Shown here piece by piece: positions 26,501 through 41,500 of a DNA stretch of 64,000 nt. This DNA is from Glycera tridactyla. Lineage: Eukaryota. Both the position numbers and the translations under genes were made by a program. The notes under the pieces are model-generated. The model ran no database searches. It was not told the DNA's origin and saw only the letters and a program-made list of their open reading frames with translations. How positions within the stretch are numbered: position 1 is the first letter of the stretch; each line of letters starts with the position of its first letter. The DNA lies in assembly GCA_965644265.1 (NCBI GenBank), contig OZ286459.1, forward strand, positions 80,600,001 through 80,664,000. Direction: 5' to 3'.

Positions 26501-29500
26501 GACTAGATGGGCAATACGGGCTCCTGACTGTCTACCCAGACATAGGAAAGCACCGGACACACGTCCAACATCGATCTATTCCGCGACAAATATTCATCCG
26601 GAGGATCCCCTCCTGAGTCATGGATGCAACGAGGAGAATGAAGTGGAGTGTGCTACTTTTTGGGGTAGTCTGGGACAATGATTGACCCTTTGCAGCAAAC
26701 AACACGTTTCAATGCATCTCTGCGCCAGCTTCATCAGATGCATAGTCCAGCACCTTTTTCACCCACTGCAATTAAAGTTGGATGCTCTGTCCCCTGCAGA
26801 CGTGAATCTCACAACCCCTGAACACAAGATGATGAGGAACCAGAGAGTTAGACAAGTGGAAGTAGCCAAATCTAAATTATCACTCAGTATTCTTTACTTT
26901 TCTAACATATTTGATGTTGAGTCTATCATCGTATGTAGAGTTCGGGACAACTCACCAGATTAACTTGTTCGAGGAGGTCCCTGTAATACTGGGCACACAT
27001 TTTGCCTGCTTCTATTGCTCGTCTTTGTACCTCCTTATTGTCAGTACCAGCAGCTGCACCCTGAATAACAGAATGAAACACAGAAGCATTCAACATTTTG
27101 TACACTCGAAACAGTGTTAATCATTAAAGCCTAGTGAAACGACAAAGTAGGTCCATGCTTACGTCAAATAATTTATAAGTGAAAATACTCTTGGGGTATA
27201 AACATGAAATGATTGCTTATGTTTTTTTTTTATTTCATCTCGCCATGACATAAACATTGCATAATGGGAGAGAGACATTATCATCAAATTTGTTCATTTG
27301 AATCCATTTATTTCATTTGGGTACATAATCATCTGGAGATCACCTGTAATGAGGCCCAATGTCCTTACAACAATACCCACAAGAAATGAAACACAAATAT
27401 GATCACAAATCATCATGTAGAAATGACGACACAAAATGGCTGCATCACCTACCTTGCATGTCATCAGAAGGTCATGGATGGCCTGTCGTCCCATGTTTGC
27501 AGCAACGATGGCATCTTCCTGACGACCCGAGTTGCCCGCAGCAACAGCCTTAGCAGTTGCTACAGTGATGGGCTTAGTTGTCCGGATCAGATCTTCTGCA
27601 GACAGGATCTTCTCCACTCGGTCAGTTGTCATGTAGTTCTACAAATCGGAACATCAAAAGAGTGATTTGTTTGGTTGGAGATTCAACGATATGTATCAAC
27701 TAAAATGATCATCATGTGTTCCTGATCTATGAAAACTGGATGCCCCAAAGCCTGTAGGTATCACTCCCACAAACCCTAAACACAAGATCATCATAAGATA
27801 ATTGACCAAGACAATGATGTGAAGGAGCCAACAATTCCATGAAATTCTACCAAGATACCTGATTACATTTTTGCTGAGATATTCCATGGCAAGAAAAAAC
27901 ATAATTTCATGCTTTCTCCCTTAACTTTTTCACTTAGTTTTATACTTGATTTCATGGTGTTATGACACTATATAGACAAGATCTCCTGTCGTGCACCTTC
28001 CATAACATTGAACCAAAGCATACCCATACCTAGCAATGCAGAATGATGCTTCAAGTTTTGATCAAAACAAATTCAGCGCACAGTGAATGTAAATATTAAC
28101 AAAACAAACACCTGTCGCATAGAGGGGAGATTTTGAATTGCCATCCTGCCAGATCATCTGACTGAGATCAAATGAAATGTGGTAAACTTACACGCAATTC
28201 CTGGCCTATCACTTCGACACTTGATTCCAAAGCTCGCGTTCCTCGCTGTGCCTCATCTTCAACTGTTTTCACCGTCTCCAATAATGACTTGACGTTCGTG
28301 ACCATGATCTGCACAAAAGATTGGTGTGTGAGCTCATAGCAAAATGAAATAGCTTATAGGTAAGACAGGACGGAATAATAGGCAAAATAATAGTCAATCA
28401 AAAATGTTTGGTTTGTTCAAAACGCACCAAACACTCAATACATATACCAAACATCAGTAGGTCAAAAGAATGAAAATGTAGGTTATGGGAATTGAACCAC
28501 CATCACACATGACAAGAGAAACTAAATTTCATTCAAAACAGTGCAACTATGTATAGCATCAACCATACCACCTCCACTGAATTATGGTATTTTACCATAC
28601 ATCTTAGATCTTCCAATTTCCAGACAAGGGGAGTGGTGTGGCCCTTGAGCCAGAAATGTCATTTCAAAATGATGGGCCACCACCTATCCATCAGTGGACA
28701 ACATTGTTTGTTTGTTTGAGGTTTAACAGCATGTATCAACACGCGGGTTATGTATGCCGTGTGTTCCTGGGTAATGAAAGCTAGATATTCTCTCCCTGCA
28801 GACATCTCTCTCACAAATCCTGAACACAAGAGGATGGGGAACCTGAAAGGTTGTCAAGTGGAAGTAGCTGACAGTTCAGACCCAACAAGGATGAAAAGGT
28901 TGTACCTGCTGACCCATAGAAGGAGATATCAATGGCCTAAAAAGGCAAGAAAAAGCAACTGGGCTTAAGAACCTATTCAAAGGTATGTATCAGATCCAAG
29001 GATATTTCATAATGCATATATTTCATGATGCATATATTCATGTGCATTTTGGACATATTATCATCCTAGTGTTCTCCTTTGTAGAGTGAAACAGAGAGGT
29101 TTGCCGACAGCCTTTTCAAACCCTGTCAGTCATCAGTGAAGATTCAATAATGGATCAGAATCAGACCGATATTGGCTTATCACCATAAGTTGGGTGATTT
29201 GAAAGACTGATTCAGAATATATCAAATCTCACTATATAATCCTTCTTGCACTGAATTGAAACAAGAAGAAAGAGGACAACAGACTATATCCAGTCCAGCA
29301 TACAAACAATGGATCAGAATAATACACATGTACACACCACTGACAATGCATACAATAGATATACAAGCACTCACAGTCACACAATCATAAGATCCATATC
29401 ATACAGACAATTGTGTATTCAGTGGAACGGTGCATTTAACATCAGTGTATTAATGCTGAGACCTGCCCTACCAGTGGGAACAGGCAGATTTATTGTTATG

Positions 29501-32500
29501 TCAGGTAACCTTGAAAATCACACTTTATCTAAAGCAGGAGAAAAAAACTAATATAGAGCCCTTGAATGTCTGACTCATCACCCGAGCAGAAATACTGGAC
29601 CAAAAAAATAAAATCAATGGTACATGCCTCGAAAAAGTACCAATGAATCATCAATTCACCTCCACCTATACACGCATGCACGCATACACGCACGCACGCA
29701 CGCATGCGCACACACACACATGCACACACAAGTAAGCAAGTTTCATGATCATAAAAAAAATGGATAAAGAGTAAAAATAGTGTTGGCATTTTGCACGAAT
29801 ATTTTCCCATTATAAGCAATCCATCTCAAACAGCCACTATTTGGATGGCAAATAAGAGTGAAATATTCAAACAGAAACTGAAAGTGAATTATTCATCTAG
29901 GCTAGCAATGGCACTATCACATGTTGCTGGTATTCTGCTGTCATAGTTGACATGAGTGATCACCTCGGACAATGAGAGGATGGTGTGTCTAGACTGGTGT
30001 CTGTCTAGATGTGGTGGTCAAGACAGCTTCAAATGTGCAGCTGAAACTGTCCACAATCACCTGAAAGACAATGCTGATGAACAGCAGGTGGCTGTAGCGT
30101 TCACTCCACAGGAAAACAAGGATAAAATTCATGCCTTCTCACTAGCCGGAAGTAGGTTCATCTTATCAGGGAAAATGCCATGTACAGATGTTACACTGTA
30201 GTGCTTGGCAGCACAGAAGAACAGCATTCATTCATACACTGCTATCACCAGATGCCACTCAGGAAGTGACATTGTGTATAACATAAGTGAACACAAGATG
30301 GCAGTGTCAGCAGCAATGGTAAGAGAGACATCTAGTCCAATAAATAATGCTGGTAACACTAGGAAAACATTGTTCTCACATATCCATTTGAAAAGTTATC
30401 AATTGGCTTTTCTCGTAACACAGAAACTGATGTTTGTTTGTTTGTTTGTTTGTTTGAGGCTTAACGACATGTATCAACCCACAGGATTATGTATGCCGTG
30501 TGTCGTTTATATACTGTATTGAGATATCTGGATGATTAGATGATATGGGATATGATGAGAATCTGGGCTATATTAGGAATAAACATTATCAATTATAAAA
30601 CTCTTGAGTGGAATGTTTGAAAATGTCAGCTCCATTCTCCTGCTTCAACATCTCTCCGAGCACTTCAATCCAAACTAAGTGACCAGTCATGATTCTATTA
30701 CAGGTAGAACATCAAACAAATAACAAAGCAAATGCAATGAAATGTAACAGAAAGCAAGGATTCATTGATCGGTTCTCCAAATTACTAACATAAATTCGTG
30801 ATTTTATCAGTTATGATCCAGAGAATTAAACTTTGTAAGGATTATAAAATATATTCAGATAGATAATCGAGGTTGAGTAAATAATGACATATCATTCAAA
30901 AATGTGCAAGGTTTCTCTATCATAATTCAATAGGCTGGGATATAATGGAATTCCTGAATTACTTATCTATGGACTAATTTTCTACAATATTAGAGTTTGG
31001 AGAAGAACTAACTGTACATGCCTGTCAAAAGATGTAATTATCCGTCACACATCAAACAAATACCAATATGCTTTGCAAGATAATTCATATGTTTCATACC
31101 AATTAGAGGCATTCTATATGTATGATTTTTCTTCCTGATGTCTAATTGTGAAGTGCATGCTCATCTAAATTGGAACACGCATCTTTCACTCCATAGCATG
31201 GACTGAAGTAGAAATGTCAACTTTTGATAATGACCTACATGAGTAATGGTGCCAATTTCTAAGAGAAATGATGGCAGTATTTGTAATGATTAAATAGATG
31301 GAGTATGAATTTCTTGAAATGATGTTACGTGTAAAATGCCACATTTATGACTTGAAAAGAGTGATCATTGCTACCTAATGAAGCATCTCTGCTGAAGTGT
31401 CATAACAAGTTGAAAAACGAAAGGTCCACTTATGTGGCCTCCACTACTTTTCAAATGTTTTACGATTACAAATTCAAACTGGGAACCTAAATCTCCATTT
31501 TCCGAAAAATGCAATTTGCGGAAACATAACAAAGTTTTGGTATTCGCTAAGATGTAATCAAGAACTCTTCAGTGTAGACAATAGACATGTCTTTATTTAT
31601 ACAGGCGTTTGACAGCTTTTAGTACAAATATAATTCAAATACATGTTACAAGCATTCAGACCATGGTCTGGTTTGCTGCTGGTACCTGTTTTCCTGTAAT
31701 ATACCCGAATGATTGTGTGATATATTACAATCAAACAAAATCCACGCAAGGATCTGATAAATTCTATTGAAGTGATACATATGGTTATAGTGTGTGAGGT
31801 AGGTAACTAAATGCATAACAAATAGGACTGGATGCAGATTCATTCATCCGGTAGTACAGTCTAAAATCACTACTGAAGAGTTTGAACCGATCATGCACGC
31901 GCTCAACATCTGATGAATTCCAAAAAAAAAAAGGGAAAATCGGACATGAAGAACAATGTAAAAATGACCAAACTAAGAAGATATGGGGCATGCTGATGTT
32001 CATTCTTTTGTTCCTTGGCTTACAGCATTGTTTTATTCCATGTCCTGTTATGACAGGGGGAGGCAACACTCATGTGAATGTGCTGGGATTGAATACGGTG
32101 GGCATCAAATGAAGCATACCAGTGGAGGCAGCATGAAGTGGGAGGTACCGGTAATAGCATACAGCACAAACTCGTGGAAACTTATTTGACCATACAACAC
32201 TGGAATGTACTATCAACGTTCTTAGAAAGCATCTGATCTCTTGGAACGAAACTATGTTTTACACCATGGGAATGCACTAAAAACATTCTGAGAAATCCAA
32301 TCCTATTTCTTGTGAATTTGGACCTGGATTTCCAGCATGGCACCTCCTGCCTAGCCTGTGAAGGAGCAAGCTGTCTTATGCATTGCGCCCCACAGACTAC
32401 CTGAATAGATGCTGAATGATATCCGATTTCTTATTGGGGATTTTGATATTGATCTCCATCACAGCACTAACCACCTAGCATGTGTAGAAAGAAGCAGGCT

Positions 32501-35500
32501 GTCCTACGTGCTAAGCTACCCAAACTGCCTAATCAATGGCACAAACTGAATAGAATCACAACACCCCTCAAGCACTTTCTTCTGAAAGGATTTCATACAG
32601 CCATGAACGCACACCTCTCAACTATCCCACCGAGAGGGATACTGAGACTTTATCCAATGACCATAGATAACCCCTCAGATGACAATGAGAACTCAAGATA
32701 GGCTGACATCTTCCTCAAGTAATACTTGGAGATACTCAAAAAACAAGAGAAATGAGAAATATCCCATTAGCTCTCATGAACTGATATTCATGACTGGGAA
32801 GATGATTGAGCCTGCACAAGATACCAGCTCTGTACACAAAAGCCACCTGTCAACAAGGACCAAGGGTGGTCTTTCTGGGCACATACATCTGTAATCCAAC
32901 AAGTTCCAAGTCAAGATGGTGAGCAGAGTACCATAGTGACAATCAAAGTAACAGTAATCAACAGTAATTAATGACAGAAATCATACTTATGTAAGGAAAA
33001 ACAGGTAAGACTTCTGCTGATCCGTCAAACGGCGATGACAGTCAAATGACAATGACATTCACCAGTTGGTCAGCAATAGGAACACCACCATATACTATAG
33101 AATCGAGAGTAGAGTGTTGAGTGACTATACTCTGTAATGAGTGAAGACCTCGATGGGCGGTCTCAGATTCTTCTAGGCTATGTCAGAGATTAGCTGTCAA
33201 ACTTTAGCCAGTCAAAGGGGAAAGCCACCTGCCAATCAATGTTACCAATACTGTATACAAACAGATCCACATGTTATACTGTAATGTGAAATCATGGAGA
33301 AATTGTGCACATATAAGATGTAAAATTAGTCAACCTAGAAGTTGGAGGGAAGGTATGACTTTCCATGTCTTTTCAGGAAAAATACTAAAATATAAGTTGA
33401 TAATATGAGTGGAAAAGTACTGTGAATCTTTGTCATCATAAGTAAACATGTGTCCTTCAACATGTGTTTTCACTTATCTGCGCCTGGCAGGATGGTATTT
33501 GACCTATCGCCCTTGGGAAGTGTAATGGCACCGGTCTTGCATTGGTCCACTGGGTAATAAATCTCCCTTGTATTACCCCAGCCAGCTCAAAAATAAGGAG
33601 AACGCCCAGCGAGGTCTTCACTCGTTGGATGGAGTATACCTGATACTAAGTCAGAAAGACCTTTGCTTTAATTGTTCAAGGGAAAGCAATGTATCTTGCA
33701 TTGATTCAACATGTTGTTCTTTTGGTTGGGGTTTGATGGTTTGTATCAGCCCAAAGGTTTATGTATGCCACACGTTCCCAATCTATGAAAGCTGACCACT
33801 CTCTCTTCTGCTGGCACCACTCTTACAAACCCTAAACACAAGATGATGGATAACCAGAACGATTGTGAAGTAGAGGTTGCTGTTTGTTCACACCTCACCC
33901 TACCTACAATAATATGAATAAACATCATGAATCCGACTAAGCCTATCAATGCCCTATGGACTGCAATCAAGTCATCAGAATGGAAGAATATAAGATGTCC
34001 TGATGACATGCCAAATGATAGAGATGACATATGCATCAGGCCCTTATAGTGTAGGATTCACTAGGATAGCTCTACACGACCTTCTTTATTATGAACTATT
34101 CTCTTGTTTCACTATGCATTGGAATGGATGCATGCATCTGCTCAGTTGTTGTACTTAACTACGCAGATATACAAATACTGGTGTATTCAAGAGATGGATC
34201 ACAACAGCATTGCTATGACACGCAAGACCTCATAGGACTAGAGCATACCTGAGAAGGGTAGACACTACGTGGAAAGACCACTGCATTTTGGCAGGGAAAG
34301 TATGACAGTTCGATACACTAGAATCTGCTACTCACACAAACCAGAAAACCATCTTAATTATCATCTACAGATAGAATGACAGGGTAAGAAAACCAATCTC
34401 CACCAAAGCCTTTGATTCAATTCACTGAGCAAATTTAGTTCAACTGATTCTATATTGCAGCATTAATACTATTATCATGTGTTGATTACACCATTTCAAT
34501 CCTGTTAAACATAGAGACATCCGCAAAAACCAAATATGAGAAGAGTCACTAGTACTGTACAAATTAGGGGGGTTAGCACCTAAACATCATACTTAGACTC
34601 TCTGCAAACAAACTGCTAGTCTGGTCATTGACGTCTTGGAATTTGCCACAGTGTTAAAAATACTATCATATCTCATTGGCATATTGTTTAACTCATCCAA
34701 TTGAATAGCATGAGCAAGGTGTTCTAGTAATCCAGTTCCCAAGATGATTTCAACTTAATTTATGTATCTTTGTAGAGAGACCTGATAAGAGAGCCCCTGG
34801 AGGAGAGTCCATCTTTGACAGGAGAACGCTTTTGCAGGGCAGCTTTTCTATTTGGCATATATTCAGATATACCTCTGAAAAGAGACCATCTATTTCGAGA
34901 GACCACTTTTTGGTGACAATTAGGGCCGCGTCTCATTGCAGGTTTTACTGTACTGCAGTTTCCAGTGGCACTTACCAGAAACATTGGCCCACTAGGTGAC
35001 AAATCTAATCCCAGCTATAGACATGTGGGACAACCAGCAAGGTATTATCTCGATGGACTAGATGTAGCATAAAAGGTTAACAAGATTGAATCTACCAATG
35101 TTCGAACATAGCAAAACACCTGTTGATGAATTAGAACCTGTTAAGACTCAGAGCAGTGACTCTGCTCATGTAGAAATCATTGGACTATAACATACACAGG
35201 TGAGACTGAGAAGAAGGGACTGTTATCGAGTGTGCATTCTACATCGAGACTCCTGGCCCTAGCCGCTATGCATCACTCAGAGAGTCAGAATGTCGCAGGT
35301 TAGTCGACCAGGAAACAAGAGTTCTACCAATGCTCGCAATCTACAGTTCACTGAAAAGCTCTACTTACGAATGGAGATCTGGATCTAGCTTCTGACTAGA
35401 ATCAACAAAGCAACCATCACCATGAAAACATGCCGGGATTTCCATAAATACGCGGGCAGAGAGAGGAAATAATGCATTCACCCTAGTGCTTTATGTCAAA

Positions 35501-38500
35501 GTGACAAATCTTTCACTGAATATCATGACAATATCAAGGTCCAAAAGTCGATGGAACACTAATTTCATGTGGTGATCAAACGATTCCCCAGTACGAATCA
35601 TTCTCCACCAAATCAAATGAATGATGGATGCGGAAGAGTGATGCATCAAGAAATGAAATCACCAAAATTGCAACAAACCATCACCGTTTATAAAAGACCT
35701 GCTGGTGTTCTTAGTAAGTGCAATATTCCCTATCCAGAAGAGGTTAACGAGGGTGAACGAGCGTTAGGAGCTGGAATCAGTAAATTACATGAGAACTGCA
35801 CCAGAACCAAAAGTGTTTTGCAGAGCCTCTGTGTACCGGAGTGTCCCAAGAAACGAGGGAATGGTACATAAGTACAAGCAGTTAGGATGCTGGAGAATGT
35901 ACTAGTAAATATGATGATGAAACCATTTGTTCTTTGCCCATGGATATTCCCCGAGACAGATGTCGATGTAACAAATCCACAAGAGGACTAGACATCCACA
36001 TCTGTTGTTAGTTAACTAACGAATCAACGCACATCAGCCGCAGCTCTCACGATGTAGCAACGCCAACAGTTACAGGAGCAGCGCCATCTGGATTATATAG
36101 ACTGGCTTCCAATGCCATCTAGCGGGAATATGAGGAGGTGGGGGGAGTATTAGCAAGTTAGTTCAGCTAGAAACGTTTTTGAGTGCAAGCCAAGGGAACA
36201 GAATGCAAAACCCCAACCTACTTTAGCTTGGTATGCCGTGTTCAGCAGGGGTGACTGCTGTCGGGCTGGCGACTTCGTGCCAACGGGAGAACCAACCTTT
36301 GCAGAATCCATCAGTGTCGTCATCGCCGGGTCCTTCTGCGGTTTTCCTGATGCGTATTTTGTGGCGCTGATCAGGTCGCCGAGTGCGGCGGCAACATCTT
36401 TGACAGCGTTGATGAGCAACACCTAACACAACGATGATGACGACAGCACACAACATGGAGGAGACAACACAGACACGCAGGAGGAAAGGGGGAGAGAGAA
36501 GAGAAGAGACTAATTATTCACATATATAATACATGTACAGTATATATCTGGCATTCCCATTTTCCCACCACCAACATCAAAACATCCATCTCATCAATTA
36601 TGCTCAGACAATTCACCCAAAACAACCAATAAGATTTTTGAACCATGTTCGAACTGAATGGAATTTATTGCCATATCCTGGGTGTAATGGCATGTTTAGA
36701 ATCTCAAAATCTCAAAAGATATTCCATGAGCAGTACGGAGAGATATATACACATCTAACATTTCAATTTCATAATAGCATTCCTGAATTGGTCTCACTTC
36801 ATGGCTGATTTCAGTAAATAAAAGGTGGGACTGGATCAAAACAGACTTTTCAGAATATGATAAAATTCCTTGAAATCATCCAAGTAGACTTTTTAAAGCA
36901 CCTGATTTCGAACTAAAACCTGATTCAAGAAATATTTCAATTTCTACAACAGAGAATTTCAAAATTCCTAGAAACTGTCATCGCAGCTGGGCTGCAATTC
37001 AAAAGCATCAAATTGAGGTAGCCTCTAGAAGCGCAAGTAATGTGATGAATGATCCTTGTAATGAAATAACCAATGAAAAGAGTGTATTTTCGAAGGAGTA
37101 CAAATGGATCTGACGATGTTGACTGTAAATTGGGTAACATCTGAGTACTTGATAAGAAAGAGTGAAAGTGATACCGGTTCCAGGTTACCAGTGAAGGGGC
37201 CAGGGACCAGTCTAACTGCATCTCACCCCCACCCTAGTGAAAAATTGTCAGGGGCTCAGCCCGGTATCAAGAATCACAGGTCAGAGAAGAGGCTGAAATC
37301 TGTGGTTCAAATTGAATAAAGTGCACTTTGGACCATAAACGCAATTTTGATGAAAGCTAGGCATCAGTAAGTTGCTCATATGATGCCAAGACAAACTGTC
37401 ATGGATTCCAAATACAGTCAGCAATTAAGCCTGTTCGGAGCAGAAATTTGACCAAATATGCATCTCCACTGAAGGTTGTCAAATGCAAAGATGTAAGGAT
37501 GCATGTTTGACACCATGACAAGCACTGGTATGGGTCCCTCATGTAGACCCCTTTAGAGTAGCCATTGACACAAATCTAGAACTTGATTAAAGGCTGTTAA
37601 CAGTCTCAAGTCAAGTTACACATTTGATGACATGAAAATATTGACAGGATTGCATCCATAATTTCCTGAATTGGGAGCGGGGGCACTCACTCCCTAAAGT
37701 TCAAGGCAGAGGAACACTTTTCAACCAAATCATTCTAATGGATTCATATAAGATGCAGTGAATTGAAGGGGCACTGTGGCCGCTTCTTGCCCTGAAAACA
37801 GGCAAAATACCCCATGCCCCACTAGATTATGATCTTGATACAGGTATGGGTCCTTTACCTAGCCACAACAGACTTGACTGAAGGATAGCTATTCACCCAA
37901 AGTGACTTCTACTCACATTGGGTGACTGGGTAAATCATAACTGGGTAATCTGGAACCGTGGGTATCAACATACATCTAACACTGCATAACATCTAGGCTG
38001 TCAAACCCTTGTAGCAGAGTCGAGAGAGATCACAGTATATGTGATGCTACTAGACAATATTTACACACAGATGTGTCATACACATATGTGATATATAGAT
38101 ATGCACCGGTACGATATTCATTCAAGAATGTTGCAGTTTTGTGAGAACACCACAATGGCCACAGATGACAAAAACGAAAGATGTTGTCATTTCATAATAC
38201 AACTTATAAAATCTATACCTACTGAAATGACCAACGGACACTAATTATTCTAGAGCCAATTTGTTGTGGAGTTTTCACCTCACACAAAAATAATATACAT
38301 GTATATGTATGGAGGTTTATCACTCCCATTACGTATCCGGTAGAGGGAGAAAATCACCGGTCTGAAGAGCAGCCATAGTGTTTCATTATCACAAAATTCA
38401 GGAGAGAGCAAAACTAGAGGATCAGCACTACAAGGGTTCAACAGATCTCGCTAAAAGAACGTGCTAAAATGAAGCCTCCGTGTGTCTTCTCGCTGATGAT

Positions 38501-41500
38501 GGGAAAAACAAACGAGAAGGACCAGATTTAGTTCATCAATCAAAATCAGAGTCGGACTGAATGGTGACGGAGAAAGATGGAAGAATACATGGGATGATAA
38601 GAGTCCGTATGGGTCTTCATTTTCACTATTATCACCATGATGATAAATTCATCATTATCATTATTATTATCATCATTATCATCATTATTATCACTATCAT
38701 TATTATTGTTATCATCATCATTTTATTGAAATCATTATTCAATGAGATATCAAGTGGATGCTAGAATATGTGTGTGTGTGTTTGTACTATAATGATGCAA
38801 TATCAATCAGATCATGATCTAAAAGCAAGAACATGGACCTTTTGATTCTAGTCATGAAAACATGTGTTCTTGTCTTTATCCCACAACCATCATCAAGCTG
38901 ATATTATTCAGAATGAAGATATGGACTACTTTTCTCCAGTACATCACATGGGTATGTATTCTTTCCTGCATCTACCTATGTGACCCTCATCTCAAGATCC
39001 TATGGGTTTGTATTTCACCGAGTATCTTTCCATGTGGTTCAGAATTTAAGATCACATTGACATAATCCACAGGAATAAAATTCTCAAAGTGATACATGTA
39101 TGATATTCAGAACTTTGTGCTAGAAGAATAGGCTCAGAGAATACATAACTAGAACCAAGACCTATCATGACTAGAATCTAGAAAAATCCTGATACATTTG
39201 GATCAAAATAGTTAATCTGAAGCATCAGCTCCTTCAATTCAGAAGAGAGCTGTTCTTCTCTCATCACCAGATGATGATGATGGGAGGGAAAGGTTAGTTG
39301 ATCTATTGATAAAACTGGTAATTCAATTTCAAGGAACCCTCATATATAGTGCTGATCCCATCTAGTTTTTTGCACACTATTCAAGACTTCATTTACACTA
39401 TAGCTGTTGATACATTTTTCTCACTGGATGATCAATTACAACCAATAAGAGATCTTTTTTAAATTTACAATTGACCTGTTGGTTAAAGCAAGCCCTGAAT
39501 TAATGAATCAAATTCTAGGCAAATGTGCCCTGAGCAGCTGACACTAAACCCTGCATTATTTAGCAGTATCAGCAATTTACTTCAAACAATTGAGTCAAAT
39601 GTTTACACACTTTGATTCATTTTTGAGTAATTACCTGTGCTTCTGGTTGCTCGGAGCCGAGGGATGCTGCGCCCATTTTCACACTCTCAGAAAGCCGTGT
39701 AATTGTCATCACGGCACTCTGCGCGGCGGCCGCCAACTGTTCCTGATTAGAAGCAGCCCCGGCCACCAATGTTTTAGTATCTTCCACCAGAGACTTGGCT
39801 GTTTTCAAGATGGACTCCCTGCAAGCAGAAACGATTGTCAGTAAACTCACAAAGGATGAAATTTCAAAGTACTCACAATTGATCTAGTGAGACAATGATA
39901 CATATCATAGTACTTATACGTATTTCTTCTATGAGTGTTTCATTGAATCATCCCATGACCTACAGACTGTTGTGAATGGGGAGAAGAGTGTGTTGGCCCC
40001 AGTCCCCATTCACCTGCAATAGAATTGAAGTATCATCACTTTTTTGTTGTTGATGGACTTCAGCAAATATATTTTAATAAATCTCACCCTCCTAATTCTA
40101 TTCATCCACTGATCAAAAACCACAAAATGCAATGGAGTACCCCAATATTTTGCTTTCGAGAATAAGTTGATGATGTATGAATTTTTCCGCCAGCAGCACA
40201 CCATCATAAATTGAGTTTGGGTTTGTCTGTGATGGCCAGTGTGTTTCAACATCAAACCCATAAATCCTCCCATAATGGTGCATGGATAATGAAAAAAGTA
40301 TTGAAAGCAAGGTCATCACATGAATGATACAAACCTGTGGTCACCAAAACTGTCACCCTCGTCGGCATTCAGGGTCCCAGATGTGGCGAACATGATGGTG
40401 GTATCAAGATCTCCGATGATTCCGCTGACGGTACTGGCAGCATTGATGCATGCCTGTGTACCACGCGACCCTGCCTGCAGTGCCGCTAACACCCCGCTCA
40501 CCTTCTCCGACACCTGTCGCGCATGGTCGGCGAGGTCGCGCTTACTGAATGCGTCAGTTGGGTTCGACTGAAGATGACCAGCATCTTGGACTAGTTCGAC
40601 ACAACTCATACCCAGCTCCTGCACACACAACTTCACCCGCTGGCCAACCTGCAGACATCCCACATACATTCAATCAGTATTTACAGTGACATAAGAAGAC
40701 CAGTCATAATGGTTACATAAGCATGTGACTTTCCATAGTGACCTTGCTGTTGAGCTTACTGGACATATCTTGTTGGACCCTCTCCCATTTTACTATTTTC
40801 CATTCACAATTAAAGAGTCCATCCAATTCCTTTGGTCAGCATGATGGCACGATGACCTGATGACCTGAGTTGAATCATCTTTGTTGTCCCTGCTACCGCC
40901 ACCACCACCACCACCACCACCACCACCACCACCACCACCACCACCACCACCACCACCACCACCACCACCACCACCACCACCACCAGTAGTATGATGTAGA
41001 ATAGTAGAATGATACAGGCGAGTATCTTATATTACCTAAAATATTCTTCATCAAGACAGTTGCTTGCTGGTGACAAGTACAGTCCAGCCTGTCCTGAATA
41101 AAAACTTGTCTTGAGCAACAAGATTCTGTTCAGCACATCCAAGTATTTTTCATTTCAATTCACCTCCACTAAGCATGGACTCCATCCACACAGTTCAACC
41201 CTTCCCCAGGGTTCATGCTCATTTCATGTTTGACTGTACAAATGCAACAAAATTATAGGAAATTGTATCGGACAAATACCAGCTTGCGACTGGTGATTGC
41301 TCATCACAGGCCTCCTGTTTGCAGCTTTCATCATAGGAGTATTATCTAAGAAGTTTTGAAAACGAAACATGAGAATCATCTAGACTCGGTGATTAGGACA
41401 ATCCTACTTAAAATTGTCAAATTCCAACAACTGATTTGATGCTGCAGATGCTGCATATCAGAGTCCATCGGAAGAATGCATAGGACTCGATTATACCATG

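Noticed and set aside
29964-30060. Duplicated or mutually exclusive version of the IMVTNV exon (VIVDSFSCTFEAVLTT...)
   Set aside because: Only 4 of 16 residues are identical, the length is 97 nt and there is an in-frame TAG; at most a poison exon, indistinguishable from chance
32409-32470. LINE endonuclease fragment (FLIGDFDIDL)
   Set aside because: It is a single short motif flanked by stops, with no other recognisable APE or RT motifs
35569-35871. 100-aa plus-strand ORF as a nested gene
   Set aside because: No recognisable family and no supporting splice structure
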